Assembly (NCBI GenBank): GCA_937905825.1
Contig: CALCXM010000039.1
Coordinates: 1,326 to 65,325, forward strand
DNA length: 64,000 bases
Origin: an uncultured bacterium
GTDB lineage: Bacteria > Planctomycetota > UBA1135 > GCA-002686595
Direction of reading: 5' to 3'
Shown: positions 18,987 to 28,309 of the stretch, piece after piece
How positions within the stretch are numbered: the stretch's first letter is position 1
Layout of the letters: each line of letters starts with the position of its first letter
Notes under the pieces: model-generated
Told to the model about the DNA's origin: nothing
What the model saw: only the letters and a program-made list of their open reading frames with translations
The model's database searches: none
Position numbers and translations under genes: made by a program

Positions 18987-21962
18987 ATGAAGAGCCTGCC
19001 CTCTGCTCTCTCACGCGCCTTGTCGACCCCCTTCACCGCGGCCATCGCCCTGGCCCTCGGTAGCGCCAGCGCATTCGCCGCGACGTGGACCCCCTCTGTG
19101 CTGAGCGTGGACAAGAGCCAGGCCGCCATTGCGGACGACATCGCCTTCGCCAAGGGCCTCGCAGCGGACTGGGGATTCGTCGACCTCGCCACCGGTCTCA
19201 TCAAGCGCATCGAGCAGGAGGGCGTCAATAGCGAAACCTCCATCCGCCTCGGCGTGGTCAAGTGCGAGATTTACGCCCAGGGCGCGCTCGCTGAACGGGA
19301 CCGAGACACCCGCAACGAACTCTTCGAGCAGACCCTGGCGGCCTACCAGGACTTCCTGGAGAAGAACCCGAACTCGGCCGCCGCCTCGGAAGCCCGCGCT
19401 GGTTTCATCAGCATGTCCTCCGCCTTCGCCATGTCGCTCCAGATCTCCATGGAGGACGCCATCGGCGAGACGGCCGAAAGCCTGCGCAGGCGTCGCGAAG
19501 AAGTCCTGCTGGCGGCCAACGATGGCACGGCCGGCCTGATTGAGGAGCTGAAAGGCCGCTACGAAGAGGAGCCCAGCGAGGGCCTCAAGCGCGAACTCGT
19601 CAAGGTCATGTTGATCCGCGCCAACCTCAACCTCGAGATTGGCAAGAGCAGCGAAGACGGCACCTTCAGTTTCGAGGAGTCCCGCAAGATTCTCGAAGAC
19701 GTGGTGTTCTTCGCGGGCGAAGGCACCCCGGACTCCCTGCGTGCCTACGACATGATCGGTCAAGTGCTCAGCGCTCAACAGCGCTGGCGCAACGCCGCCA
19801 TCTACTTCAGCGCCGTGGTCGATCAAGCCCTGCCGGCTGACCTGGCCGTCTGGAACCAAATCGTCGAAGAACTCGAGCTCACCCAAACGGACAAGGAGCA
19901 GCGCTGGTTGTTCCTCGAGCTCTCCATCGGCGGTCTGATGGATGCACACATTTCCAATGGAGATGTGACCAGCGCCACGCGCTATGCCCTGCACCTGTAC
20001 AACACCCAGCGCCGTGAGGGCTTCGAGTTCTCCACGGGTTTGGGTTACCCCTCCCTGTTGACGGCAGCCCGCGTGCTGCTCGATGCGGGCGGCGTGGTCG
20101 CTGGCAAGATTCAGAGTGGTGAAGGCGAGTGGTACGAGTCCGTCGACGCCGCTCAAGAGGCGGGCCACAAGATCGCCCGCAACCGCAAGACCACCACCGA
20201 CTTGGCCCTGGGCATCGCTCAACAGGTCATCAACGAAAACCCCAAGAGCATCCTGCGCCTGAAGGCTCAGAAGTTGATGTCGGAGATCACCTCGCGCCCC
20301 GGCGTCAAGGTGGACCCGGCTGTGCTCTACGAAGTAGCCGAAGGTCTGTACAACTCTGGCGATGATGACGACGGCGCACTGGCCGCCTTCAAGGTCGTGC
20401 TCAACGCCCTCGAAGCGGAAAGCGAATCGACCCGCATCGAACTCGGCGCGAAGACCTTCTTCCGCATGGGTCGCACGTACATCCGCAAGGAGCTGGTCTT
20501 CGAGGCCGCCATGGCTTTCCGTGAGGGTTGCACCACCTACCTCGGTGACCCGCAGTACGACAGCAACAACGCTGAGGGTTACTACAAGGCCATGCAGATT
20601 CTGCTGTCGCGTTCCAAGCAGGACCGCGCGATTCAGACCATGAACCTGGAGGCCGAGAACATCGTCGCCAAGGTCTCCACCAAAGATCAGGACTCGATCC
20701 TGATGGACCAGGGCGACCGCGCGCGACGCAAGGGCGACTTCGCCACGGCCATTAGCAAGTACGAAGGCATCCAGCGCTCGGCCAACGACTACGAGAAGGC
20801 TGTCGTCTACATCCAGATCTGCAAGAAGTTCCAAGGGGAAGAGGACACGGCCCTCGCTGCCCTGACGGAGTACATCGAGAACTACGTCGAGGACCCCCTC
20901 AACGGTGTGCAGGGCGGCAAGATCGCTGCTCGGCAAACCGCCTTGGGCGCCGCCCGCTACTTCCGCTGCGAGATGGAGTTCCAGAAGAAGATGTACGCGG
21001 AGGTCATCGCTTCTTCCGCGAGCTACTACCTGGATCATCCAGAGCAGACGAGCTTCGCGCCGCGCACTATGTACATGGTTGCCAACGCCTACTTGGAGCT
21101 GGGCAAGCTCAAGGAAGCGCGCGACCTGTTGCAGGAGATGCAGGGTCTCAGTCCCGAAGGCGACTTCACCATCAAGGTCGGCGTTGCGATCTACAACCAC
21201 CTCAAGGACAAGCGGGACGAACTGACTCCGGGATCCGAGGCCGACTTGGCTCTCGCCCTCGAGATGGCGACCCTGCTGGAGGCCAAAAACAAGAACGCCA
21301 GCAAGCCAGACTTCGGTGACCTGCGCTCCGAGTCCAAGCACTGGTCCGAGCTCGGCATGTGGGGCAAGGCCATTCCGGTTCTGGAAAAAATTCTGAGCAA
21401 GTTCAGCGCCCTCGACAAGCACGCGGACAGCATCGCGAACTACGTGAAGCCCGACTTGGGTCAGGCCCTCTTGGCTCTGAACCGCGTCAAGGAAGCCCAC
21501 GAACTGCTGGCCCCTCTGGTCCTGCCCGCGGACGCCAAGCCCTCCAAGGAGACCCTGCTCAACTTCATCCGCTCCACCATCGGCTGGGTGCAGGGCAACG
21601 CTTCCGACATCCAGGAAGTGCCCGGAGCCGGCTCCACCGAAGAGTCCTTCCAGGTCGCCACGGACAAGCTCAACAGCCTGGCCAACGCCTCCGACGACAA
21701 GTGGAAGGCCGAGTGGTACAACCTCAAATTCCAGCTGGCCTACGGCTACTACCGCTGGGCGACCGCCGAGGGCGGACCGAAGAACAGCAAGAAGATGGAC
21801 ACGGCCCAGTCCCAGTTGAACTCGATCGTTCAGGCTGTCGGAAACGACTTCAAAGGCAAGGACGGGGATCCGGGGGTCGACGACGCCTGCAAGGGTCACC
21901 CCGAATTCGGAGACGACGTCCTGCGGCGCCGCCTGGTGTGGCTCTGGGGCAAGGTCAAGTAG
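18987..21962 (+). CDS. large secreted all-alpha TPR-like repeat protein (991 aa)
   Basis: ATG 18987 gives MKSLPSALSRALSTPFTAAIALALGSASAFAATW (Sec signal, AFA-A cleavage-like). The rest is helical-repeat-like (e.g. YEKAVVYIQICKKFQGEEDTALAALTEYIE, YMVANAYLELGKLKEARDLLQEM, GQALLALNRVKEAHELL). No catalytic motif seen. An alternative upstream ATG at 18891 lacks a signal peptide. Confidence 0.7.
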   Translation: MKSLPSALSRALSTPFTAAIALALGSASAFAATWTPSVLSVDKSQAAIADDIAFAKGLAADWGFVDLATGLIKRIEQEGVNSETSIRLGVVKCEIYAQGALAERDRDTRNELFEQTLAAYQDFLEKNPNSAAASEARAGFISMSSAFAMSLQISMEDAIGETAESLRRRREEVLLAANDGTAGLIEELKGRYEEEPSEGLKRELVKVMLIRANLNLEIGKSSEDGTFSFEESRKILEDVVFFAGEGTPDSLRAYDMIGQVLSAQQRWRNAAIYFSAVVDQALPADLAVWNQIVEELELTQTDKEQRWLFLELSIGGLMDAHISNGDVTSATRYALHLYNTQRREGFEFSTGLGYPSLLTAARVLLDAGGVVAGKIQSGEGEWYESVDAAQEAGHKIARNRKTTTDLALGIAQQVINENPKSILRLKAQKLMSEITSRPGVKVDPAVLYEVAEGLYNSGDDDDGALAAFKVVLNALEAESESTRIELGAKTFFRMGRTYIRKELVFEAAMAFREGCTTYLGDPQYDSNNAEGYYKAMQILLSRSKQDRAIQTMNLEAENIVAKVSTKDQDSILMDQGDRARRKGDFATAISKYEGIQRSANDYEKAVVYIQICKKFQGEEDTALAALTEYIENYVEDPLNGVQGGKIAARQTALGAARYFRCEMEFQKKMYAEVIASSASYYLDHPEQTSFAPRTMYMVANAYLELGKLKEARDLLQEMQGLSPEGDFTIKVGVAIYNHLKDKRDELTPGSEADLALALEMATLLEAKNKNASKPDFGDLRSESKHWSELGMWGKAIPVLEKILSKFSALDKHADSIANYVKPDLGQALLALNRVKEAHELLAPLVLPADAKPSKETLLNFIRSTIGWVQGNASDIQEVPGAGSTEESFQVATDKLNSLANASDDKWKAEWYNLKFQLAYGYYRWATAEGGPKNSKKMDTAQSQLNSIVQAVGNDFKGKDGDPGVDDACKGHPEFGDDVLRRRLVWLWGKVK

Positions 21963-22046
21963 GCCCCCCTGGTTCTTCCCGCCTCCTGAATCTTAGTAGT
22001 TGTGACCCAGCCCCCCTTCCCTAGAATGTTTGCCCCGTCTCTCTCC

Positions 22047-23231
22047 ATGCGCAAGCCGATCCAAGCCCTCAAGACCTCTGCCACGACCCTCTTCCAGAGG
22101 AGCGCGTGGGGTGCCTTGCTGTGTGCTCCGGTCCTCTGCCTCAGCTCCCCCGCTGTGGCCCAGGGGCGTCCCGACCAGGTCTTCTACGATGGCGGCCGCC
22201 AGGACTCAGGAGTCGTCACCGAAAACGGTCTCTCGAACGTTTTGCTCGACCGCAGTGGCAAGGAAAAACGCATCGCCTCGGCGAACGTGGTGCGCATCAT
22301 CTGGGGTCAGGTTTCCAACGCGTACCGCGAAGGCGGCACCTACTTTGAGCGCGGCGACTACGAGAACGCAGCGGCCAAGTTTGGCTTGGCAGCCTCCGAC
22401 GACGCGCGCAACGTGATTCGCGCCGTAGCACGCATGAAGACCGGTGAGTCCCTGCTGATGCTAGGTGCCGGGGACGCATCCCAGTACGAAGCGGCCCTCG
22501 AGCAGTTTGCCACCTACGTCAAGGACTACCCCAACTCCCGGGATCTGCCAAACGTCTACGCCTTGCAAGCGCGCACCACCCTACTGCGCGGCAAGGAAGG
22601 AGACTCGGCGACTGCTGGCGCCATCTACCGCAAGATCTTCGAGTCCGGAACCGGCGCCACGCCGGCCGACGGCTACAACCGCCTCTTCTCCATGAAGGCG
22701 GGACTGGGCGCCATTCGCGCTCTGACCAGTGCGGGCGACACCCTTGGGGCCCGGGAAATCTCCGGCATCCTGACCGGTGAGATCACGCACATGCGCACCA
22801 CCCTGGAGGCAGACTCCAGCGACATCGCCGTCTTGGACGGACTCGCTAGCGAAGCGCAACTGTCCGAGGGCTTCGTGCTCCTGGCGGGCGATCAGGCCTC
22901 CAAAGCGGAGACCTTCTTCATGACGCAGCTCGCGGGCTCCCAAGGCAAGGCCTCGGCCCTGCGCTACGGCTCCATGTTCGGCTTGGGCCTCGCCCAGGTC
23001 GCTCAGAACAAACACCGCGAGGCGAGCGTGAACTTTGCCACCGTCGCGGCCACTGATTTCACTGATCGCGACCGTTCTGCGCTCGCTCTTCTGCATCTTG
23101 CAGAAACTATGATCAAGCTGGGGGATAATGGAGCCACTGCTGACGCGCGAGTGCGTTTGCGGACGGTTGCTGAGGCCTTCGGTGATACTCCTTCAGCGGC
23201 GGCAGCCAGGAAGCTCCTCGAGGAGCTGTAA
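22047..23231 (+). CDS. secreted/anchored TPR-like protein (about 394 aa)
   Basis: MRKPIQALKTSATTLFQRSAWGALLCAPVLCLSSPAVAQG (signal or signal-anchor), a short beta-like module (VFYDGGRQDSGVVTENGLSNVLLDRSGKEKRIASANVVRIIWG), then TPR-like helices (YFERGDYENAAAKFGLAA...). Start ambiguous: GTG 22002, ATG 22026 or ATG 22047. Confidence 0.65.
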   Translation: MRKPIQALKTSATTLFQRSAWGALLCAPVLCLSSPAVAQGRPDQVFYDGGRQDSGVVTENGLSNVLLDRSGKEKRIASANVVRIIWGQVSNAYREGGTYFERGDYENAAAKFGLAASDDARNVIRAVARMKTGESLLMLGAGDASQYEAALEQFATYVKDYPNSRDLPNVYALQARTTLLRGKEGDSATAGAIYRKIFESGTGATPADGYNRLFSMKAGLGAIRALTSAGDTLGAREISGILTGEITHMRTTLEADSSDIAVLDGLASEAQLSEGFVLLAGDQASKAETFFMTQLAGSQGKASALRYGSMFGLGLAQVAQNKHREASVNFATVAATDFTDRDRSALALLHLAETMIKLGDNGATADARVRLRTVAEAFGDTPSAAAARKLLEEL

Positions 23232-23398
23232 CCCGAACTGCCTTCGTCTCCCTCCACTTTCTACCCCATTGGGTTCCAGAGCTTGCTGAGTTCTAGGGCC
23301 TACAATCCGGCCAGCTGGCCTTCCTCGGAAGGATCTCTCGGCTGGAATGGATCCCCTCCCACCACCCTCACCTTCGACTCCAAAGGAGTTCCTCGGTC

Positions 23399-24127
23399 AT
23401 GATCCTTAGTCAGGCTTCGAGCCGTTTGGCGCACTTCGCCACCCGGACGCTCCCCATTGCCACTGCGGCAGCTCTTACTTCCACTCCCCTCTTCGCTCAA
23501 GACGGCGGAGGCAGTGCCCTCGATGTGTTCACCAAATCGGGAACCATCGGTATCCTCATCATCCTGCTCTCCGTGGTTGCCTTGGCGGTGATCATCGAGA
23601 ACACGGTGACCCTGAAGCGCGACAAGCTGGCTCCCCCGGAGCTGATCGACGAGGTCCAGGCCCTGTTTGACGAAGGTCAGTACCAGGAGGCCATGGAACT
23701 CTGCGAGAACGAGCCCTGCTTCTTCACCCGCATCGCTGGTGCTGGTATCGCCAAGATCGGTCACCCCTTCGAGGTCATCGAGCAGTCGATCGCCGAGATG
23801 GGCGACGAAGAGTCCATCCGCCTTCACCAGAAAATCGGTTGGCTTTCGCTGATCGCCAACGTGGCGCCCATGATGGGTCTGCTCGGTACTGTGGGTGGAA
23901 TGATCAAGGCGTTCGAGACGATCGCCTCCTCCCAAGGTCAGGCGAGCCCGGCTGAACTGGCCCTCGGTATTTCTGAGGCGCTGCTCACCACCATGCTCGG
24001 TCTTGTTGTGGCTATCCCCACCAGTGCTATGTTCGCGTTCCTGCGCAACCGCCTGGTGAAGACGGTCATCGAAGTTGGCGCGATCATCGAAGACCTCTTC
24101 GAGCGCTTCCGCCCCAACGCTGCCTAG
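23399..24127 (+). CDS. exbB: MotA/TolQ/ExbB-family proton channel protein
   Basis: LSLIANVAPMMGLLGTVGGMIKAF and ALGISEALLTTMLGLVVAIPTSAMFAFLRNR are the conserved TM2/TM3 ExbB signatures. AAAGGAG Shine-Dalgarno about 10 nt upstream of ATG 23399. N-terminal signal-like extension MILSQ...TSTPLFAQDGGG. Confidence 0.9.
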   Translation: MILSQASSRLAHFATRTLPIATAAALTSTPLFAQDGGGSALDVFTKSGTIGILIILLSVVALAVIIENTVTLKRDKLAPPELIDEVQALFDEGQYQEAMELCENEPCFFTRIAGAGIAKIGHPFEVIEQSIAEMGDEESIRLHQKIGWLSLIANVAPMMGLLGTVGGMIKAFETIASSQGQASPAELALGISEALLTTMLGLVVAIPTSAMFAFLRNRLVKTVIEVGAIIEDLFERFRPNAA

Positions 24128-24219
24128 TTTGATTCGATTGGGTGAACCTGTCGCGCACAGGTTCACCCGATCGGATAGGCCCCCCCCACGATCACGAAGG
24201 TCACCCACCCAACGACCCC

Positions 24220-24705
24220 ATGAACCTGAACAAGCACGACCCCGAGACCAATATGGACATGGACATGACGCCGATGATCGACGTCGTCTTCCTGCTCATC
24301 ATTTTCTTCATGGTCATCACCGACTTGACGCAGCAGGACCTCGAGGACTTGGTGCTCCCGGTGGCGAAAAACGCTGTCGCTGACAAAGTCGACCCGAACG
24401 CTTTCCGCCCGATCGTCAACATCAAGACGGACGGACAGATTCTGGTCAAACGCCAGGTCCTGTTCGATCCTGAGGCATCCGACGACTACAAGGGCCTTCG
24501 AATCTTCCTGGCCGACGTGGCCAAGAAGATGGAGAAGAGCAAGGACGCTCTGAAGCTTCCGGACCAGCCCCTTTTGATCCGTGCTGACCTGAACACCCCG
24601 TTCAAGTACATCCAAAAGGTCATGGAGCAGTGCGGCTACAAGGACGTCCAGATCTGGAAAATCCAGCTCGCGGCCTCCGAGGCTCCCGCCGAGGAAGAAC
24701 TCTAG
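24220..24705 (+). CDS. exbD: ExbD/TolR-family biopolymer transport protein (ExbD-1)
   Basis: ATG 24220 gives MNLNKHDPETNMDMDMTPMIDVVFLLIIFFMV, the canonical ExbD N-terminus/TM with conserved Asp, and a periplasmic domain ...LLIRADLNTPFKYIQKVMEQC. Confidence 0.85.
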   Translation: MNLNKHDPETNMDMDMTPMIDVVFLLIIFFMVITDLTQQDLEDLVLPVAKNAVADKVDPNAFRPIVNIKTDGQILVKRQVLFDPEASDDYKGLRIFLADVAKKMEKSKDALKLPDQPLLIRADLNTPFKYIQKVMEQCGYKDVQIWKIQLAASEAPAEEEL

Positions 24706-24744
24706 TTGCGGCCCCCCCGCCAAGACCTCTAGAAGAAAACAACC

Positions 24745-25260
24745 ATGTCTCAACTAGCTGATATTGCCAAAGAAGAATCCAAGCTCGAGATGACGCCGAT
24801 GATCGACGTCACCTTCTTGCTGCTGATCTTCTTCATGTGCACCCTGAAGTTCAAAAGCCTCGAGGGCAAGCTGGCTGCCTATCTCCCCAAGGATGTGGGA
24901 GTGAACAGCAGCGACGCCGAGCCTATCGAAAAGGTCGAAATCGTCTGCAAGGTCCTAAAAGAGGGTCGCCGAGTCGAGCCCCGAAAGGACAAGAGCGAAC
25001 CCGCTGTCGAATGGGACGGCGTGGCTGGCACCCGCTATGAGTACGAAGGTCGTGAGATGATCTACGGCATCGGCCCCAAGATCACCACGGACCTCGAAGA
25101 GATCGCGAGGACGCTGAAGCGGATTCACGAGAACGATCCTGAGCGCCCCGCAACCATCGATGCTCGCAAAGGTACGGTCTACGCCGACGTGGTGGGCCTC
25201 CTGGACGCGGCCATGAACGCGAATTTCACCGACGTGACCTTTGTCGGCTCTTACGAGTAA
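24745..25260 (+). CDS. exbD: ExbD/TolR-family biopolymer transport protein (ExbD-2)
   Basis: MSQLADIAKEESKLEMTPMIDVTFLLLIFFMCTLKF... and ATIDARKGTVYADVVGLLDAAMNANF. A second, diverged ExbD paralog. Confidence 0.85.
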   Translation: MSQLADIAKEESKLEMTPMIDVTFLLLIFFMCTLKFKSLEGKLAAYLPKDVGVNSSDAEPIEKVEIVCKVLKEGRRVEPRKDKSEPAVEWDGVAGTRYEYEGREMIYGIGPKITTDLEEIARTLKRIHENDPERPATIDARKGTVYADVVGLLDAAMNANFTDVTFVGSYE

Positions 25261-25284
25261 GGCCTGGCCGCAGATTGGAAGCGC

Positions 25285-25376
25285 CCCGGGACACAAAAAA
25301 GTGGCCCGGGACACAACGAACAACCAGAACAACCACGAGGCGGCCCCTTCAAAAGGCAAGAGCCCCCTCAAAAGGC
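25285..25376 (+). promoter_or_regulatory. cluster of three short direct-repeat pairs in the exbD-2/secretin-2 spacer
   Basis: CCCGGGACACAA at 25285-25296 and 25305-25316. Tandem GAACAACCA at 25318-25326 and 25327-25335. CCCCTTCAAAAGGC 25344-25357 and CCCCCTCAAAAGGC 25363-25376. Function unknown. Confidence 0.35.
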
Positions 25377-25632
25377 CACAGGGAGGCCTGATTCTCCCAT
25401 ACAGCCTTTGACCGCAGGACCCGCCTCCTGGTATGTTCTTCCCCGTTAGAGAGACCCCGCGCGCGCCGTTTGTGGTCCTTCTCACACCAAGTTTCAGCAC
25501 TAAGATCTAAGGCCTCAGGCAGAGGATTTCAGTGGATGGTTCACCCTTCTATCTCCCGCGTGGAGTTTGGGGGCAGACCGCAGCGATCTACCCCGTCCCA
25601 CAACCCGCATTCTCGAGAGATCCCCGCTCCTT

Positions 25633-28287
25633 ATGAGGAACTCCGATCTGAAGACTCCCATCCTCAAGCGCACGGCCGTTGCTTCCGCAACGCTCGTCTC
25701 CGCCTTGTTCTTCGCCGCATGTGTATCGACGCCTGGAATGGTGTCCGAGGGCAATGCTACTTGGGAGCCCGATCCCACGAGCGTCGCTCCTCCGGTGAAT
25801 GCCCCCACGGCCAATCCCCAGAGCGGCGACACCAGTGCCGACGAGATGCTGCGCAAAGACCGCCAGACGCTCGACCTCAAGGAGCAACGCCGCAAGTTTC
25901 TTGTGGACGAGCACCTGAAGGCTGCTGGCAACCTCCGTGGCCGCTTGCGTCTGCAGGAATGCCGTGACCAGCTCTTGGCTGCCCTGAGTCTCGACTCGGA
26001 CAACCTGGACGCCAAGCGCCAGCTGGCTGAGGTCAACGCTCTGCTCGGTGGCGACACCGGTTCCGTGGCCACCACGGTCACCGAGACGCTGCAGCAAACC
26101 ACCAAGATCAAGACCCAGCAGATGCGCGCGCAAGCTCGCGATCTCCTGCGAGAAGGCAAGGCTCTGCTGGCCAAAGGCAACTACGACGGGGCCATCGCCC
26201 AGTTGACGATCGCCTCCCAGACGGTGCACTACGCCCCCTACGCGATCGAGTGGGAAGGGGTCGACTCGGAAATCGAGAGCAACTTGGCCGCTGCTAAGAA
26301 GAGCCGGACGACCGCCCAGGCCGCCGCTCTTGAGCAACGCCAGCGTCTAGCCTTCGACCAGCTGCAGTCCCGCGAGGAAGCCGACGTCATGCAACGCCGC
26401 GCGCTCGTCGAGAACATGCTGACTCAGGCCATCGACGCCTTCGACAAAGCACGCTACGAGGATGCGATCTACTTCGCAGACCAAGCACTGCGTCGCGACC
26501 CCCGCAACGAGAAGGCTGAAGAACTGCGTGCTAGCGCTTTCAAGGCCAACCAAAAGCAGGCCCGCGCCGAATACGTGACCGCCAAGCGCGAGCAGTTCAA
26601 GCGTTGGAAGGAAGAGCTCAACAGCTACAAGATCGCCTGGTCCGACACCATCACCCTGCCCAGTGCAGAAGAGTGGGCGCAGCTAACGGAAACCCGCAAG
26701 GGACGTCGCGGCCTCGACCTGACCAAGACCCGCTCGGATGCAGACATTGCCCTGCGCAAGCGCCTTGCGGGCACGCACATCACTCTGCCCGAAATCGACG
26801 CAGTCGGTAGCATTCGCGAGCTGATGGACATGATCCGCCTCATGACGGCTCTGCCCCTCGTGGTGGACCCCTCCGCTGAGAACGAAGTCTTGGACGGCGG
26901 CATCGAGTTCACCTTCTCCTTCGAGAACCAACTGACCGTGGAGCAGGCCCTCAACCTGATCACGGACATGGCCGGCCCCGAGGTCACCTGGATCGTGCGT
27001 CACGACGCCGTGCTCGTCACGACCCGCGAAAAAGCCCGAGGCGAACCCGTTGTGGTTCACCACGACGTGGAAGACCTGGTCTTCGGCCTGACCGAGTTCA
27101 TCGGCCCGCGCATCAACCGCATCCGTCTGCTTGACGAGCTCGAGGACGAAGACGGCGGTGGCCCCTTCGGTTTCGTGGGCGAGCAGCAGAAGCTGATCGA
27201 CATCGACAACCTGGTCACCATGATCCAAGAGAACGTGGAAACGGCCTCTTGGGAAGAAGGCGGCAGCCTCGAGGGCTACGACGGTCACATCATCGTCGTC
27301 ACCACCCCCGAGATCCAAGCGAAGGTCAATGACTTCCTCGAGGACCTGCGCAACTTCAGCTCTTCGATGGTCACCATCGAGACCAAGTTCATGACCGTCG
27401 GCGACAACTGGATCCAAGAGATCGGTGTCGACTTCCGCGGCTTGGCGGACAACCCGCTTTCGGACATCACGAACGGACTCGAGGACATGGCTTCCCGTGG
27501 TTTGGACAACGGCGGTACAGGATCTGCTGGATCCAACGCTGCTGGTGCCCCCTCCTCCGGTTTCTACTACAACGACGAGGCGGATGGCGACATGCGCGGC
27601 CGGACCGAAAACTTCTTCGGCTCCGACCTCGGTGAAACCCTCTCCACCATGGGAGGCATGACCTTCCAGTACTCCTTGCTCAACGACCTGGAACTCGCCG
27701 CCGTCTTGCGCGCCGTCGAGAAGAGCCAGAACCTGGTGCTGATCAACGACCAGGTGCTCTCCGTGCACAACACGCAGCGCGCCTACGTCACGATCTTGAA
27801 CCAGCGGGCTTACATCCAGGACTTCGACGTGGAGGTCGCGACCTTCCAGGCCGTGGCTGACCCGCAGATCAACGTCCTCAACGAAGGCGTGGTTCTCGAC
27901 GTCCGTCCGACCATCCACCACGACCGGCGCTACGTGACCCTTGAGGTCCAGCCGACAGTGGCCAAGGTCGTCAACGTTCGCCGCTACTCCACCACCCTGG
28001 GCGGTAACACCTCCCCGGTGGAGTTCGAGCTTCCCGAACTGGAAGTCCAGAGCGTGTTCACCACGGCGCATATCCCGGACGGCGGTTCGATCCTGCTCGG
28101 CGGTTTGACCGACATCCGGAACGTGGAACGTCGCGCGGAAATCCCGTGGCTCGCCCGCATCCCGCTGGTCGGCTTCTTCTTCAAGTCTGAGGGTTACAAC
28201 GATGAGAACAAGTCGCTCATCATCCTGATCCAAGCGAAGATTACGGACGTCCGCGAGGAAGTCGCCCGCATCGAAGCCGCCTACTAG
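25633..28287 (+). CDS. secretin-family outer-membrane channel protein with lipoprotein-type signal and about 400-aa TPR/coiled-coil N-terminal region (secretin-2, paralog of 15964..18645)
   Basis: ATG 25633 gives MRNSDLKTPILKRTAVASATLVSALFFAACVS. TPR-like units (LLAKGNYDGAIAQLTIASQ, AIDAFDKARYEDAIYFADQALRRDPRNEKAEELR). N0-like domain (ITLPEIDAVGSIRELMDMIRLMTALPLVVD...VLVTT). Secretin core (KFMTVGDNWIQEIGVDF...LDVRPTIHHDRRYVTLEV). C-terminal EIPWLARIPLVGFFFKSEGYNDENKSLIILIQAKIT. Confidence 0.85.
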   Translation: MRNSDLKTPILKRTAVASATLVSALFFAACVSTPGMVSEGNATWEPDPTSVAPPVNAPTANPQSGDTSADEMLRKDRQTLDLKEQRRKFLVDEHLKAAGNLRGRLRLQECRDQLLAALSLDSDNLDAKRQLAEVNALLGGDTGSVATTVTETLQQTTKIKTQQMRAQARDLLREGKALLAKGNYDGAIAQLTIASQTVHYAPYAIEWEGVDSEIESNLAAAKKSRTTAQAAALEQRQRLAFDQLQSREEADVMQRRALVENMLTQAIDAFDKARYEDAIYFADQALRRDPRNEKAEELRASAFKANQKQARAEYVTAKREQFKRWKEELNSYKIAWSDTITLPSAEEWAQLTETRKGRRGLDLTKTRSDADIALRKRLAGTHITLPEIDAVGSIRELMDMIRLMTALPLVVDPSAENEVLDGGIEFTFSFENQLTVEQALNLITDMAGPEVTWIVRHDAVLVTTREKARGEPVVVHHDVEDLVFGLTEFIGPRINRIRLLDELEDEDGGGPFGFVGEQQKLIDIDNLVTMIQENVETASWEEGGSLEGYDGHIIVVTTPEIQAKVNDFLEDLRNFSSSMVTIETKFMTVGDNWIQEIGVDFRGLADNPLSDITNGLEDMASRGLDNGGTGSAGSNAAGAPSSGFYYNDEADGDMRGRTENFFGSDLGETLSTMGGMTFQYSLLNDLELAAVLRAVEKSQNLVLINDQVLSVHNTQRAYVTILNQRAYIQDFDVEVATFQAVADPQINVLNEGVVLDVRPTIHHDRRYVTLEVQPTVAKVVNVRRYSTTLGGNTSPVEFELPELEVQSVFTTAHIPDGGSILLGGLTDIRNVERRAEIPWLARIPLVGFFFKSEGYNDENKSLIILIQAKITDVREEVARIEAAY

Positions 28288-28309
28288 GGCTCCGAAAAAG
28301 CAATTCAAA

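Noticed and set aside
19011-21899. 962-aa ORF antisense to the large TPR-like gene
   Set aside because: Same reasoning: low-complexity G/V/L/A/D-rich translation with no signal or domain. The sense frame has a signal peptide and helical-repeat composition.
25285-25376. Short direct repeats considered as a mini CRISPR array
   Set aside because: Repeats are only 9-14 nt, occur in pairs of different sequence, have no uniform spacers, and no cas genes are in the window.
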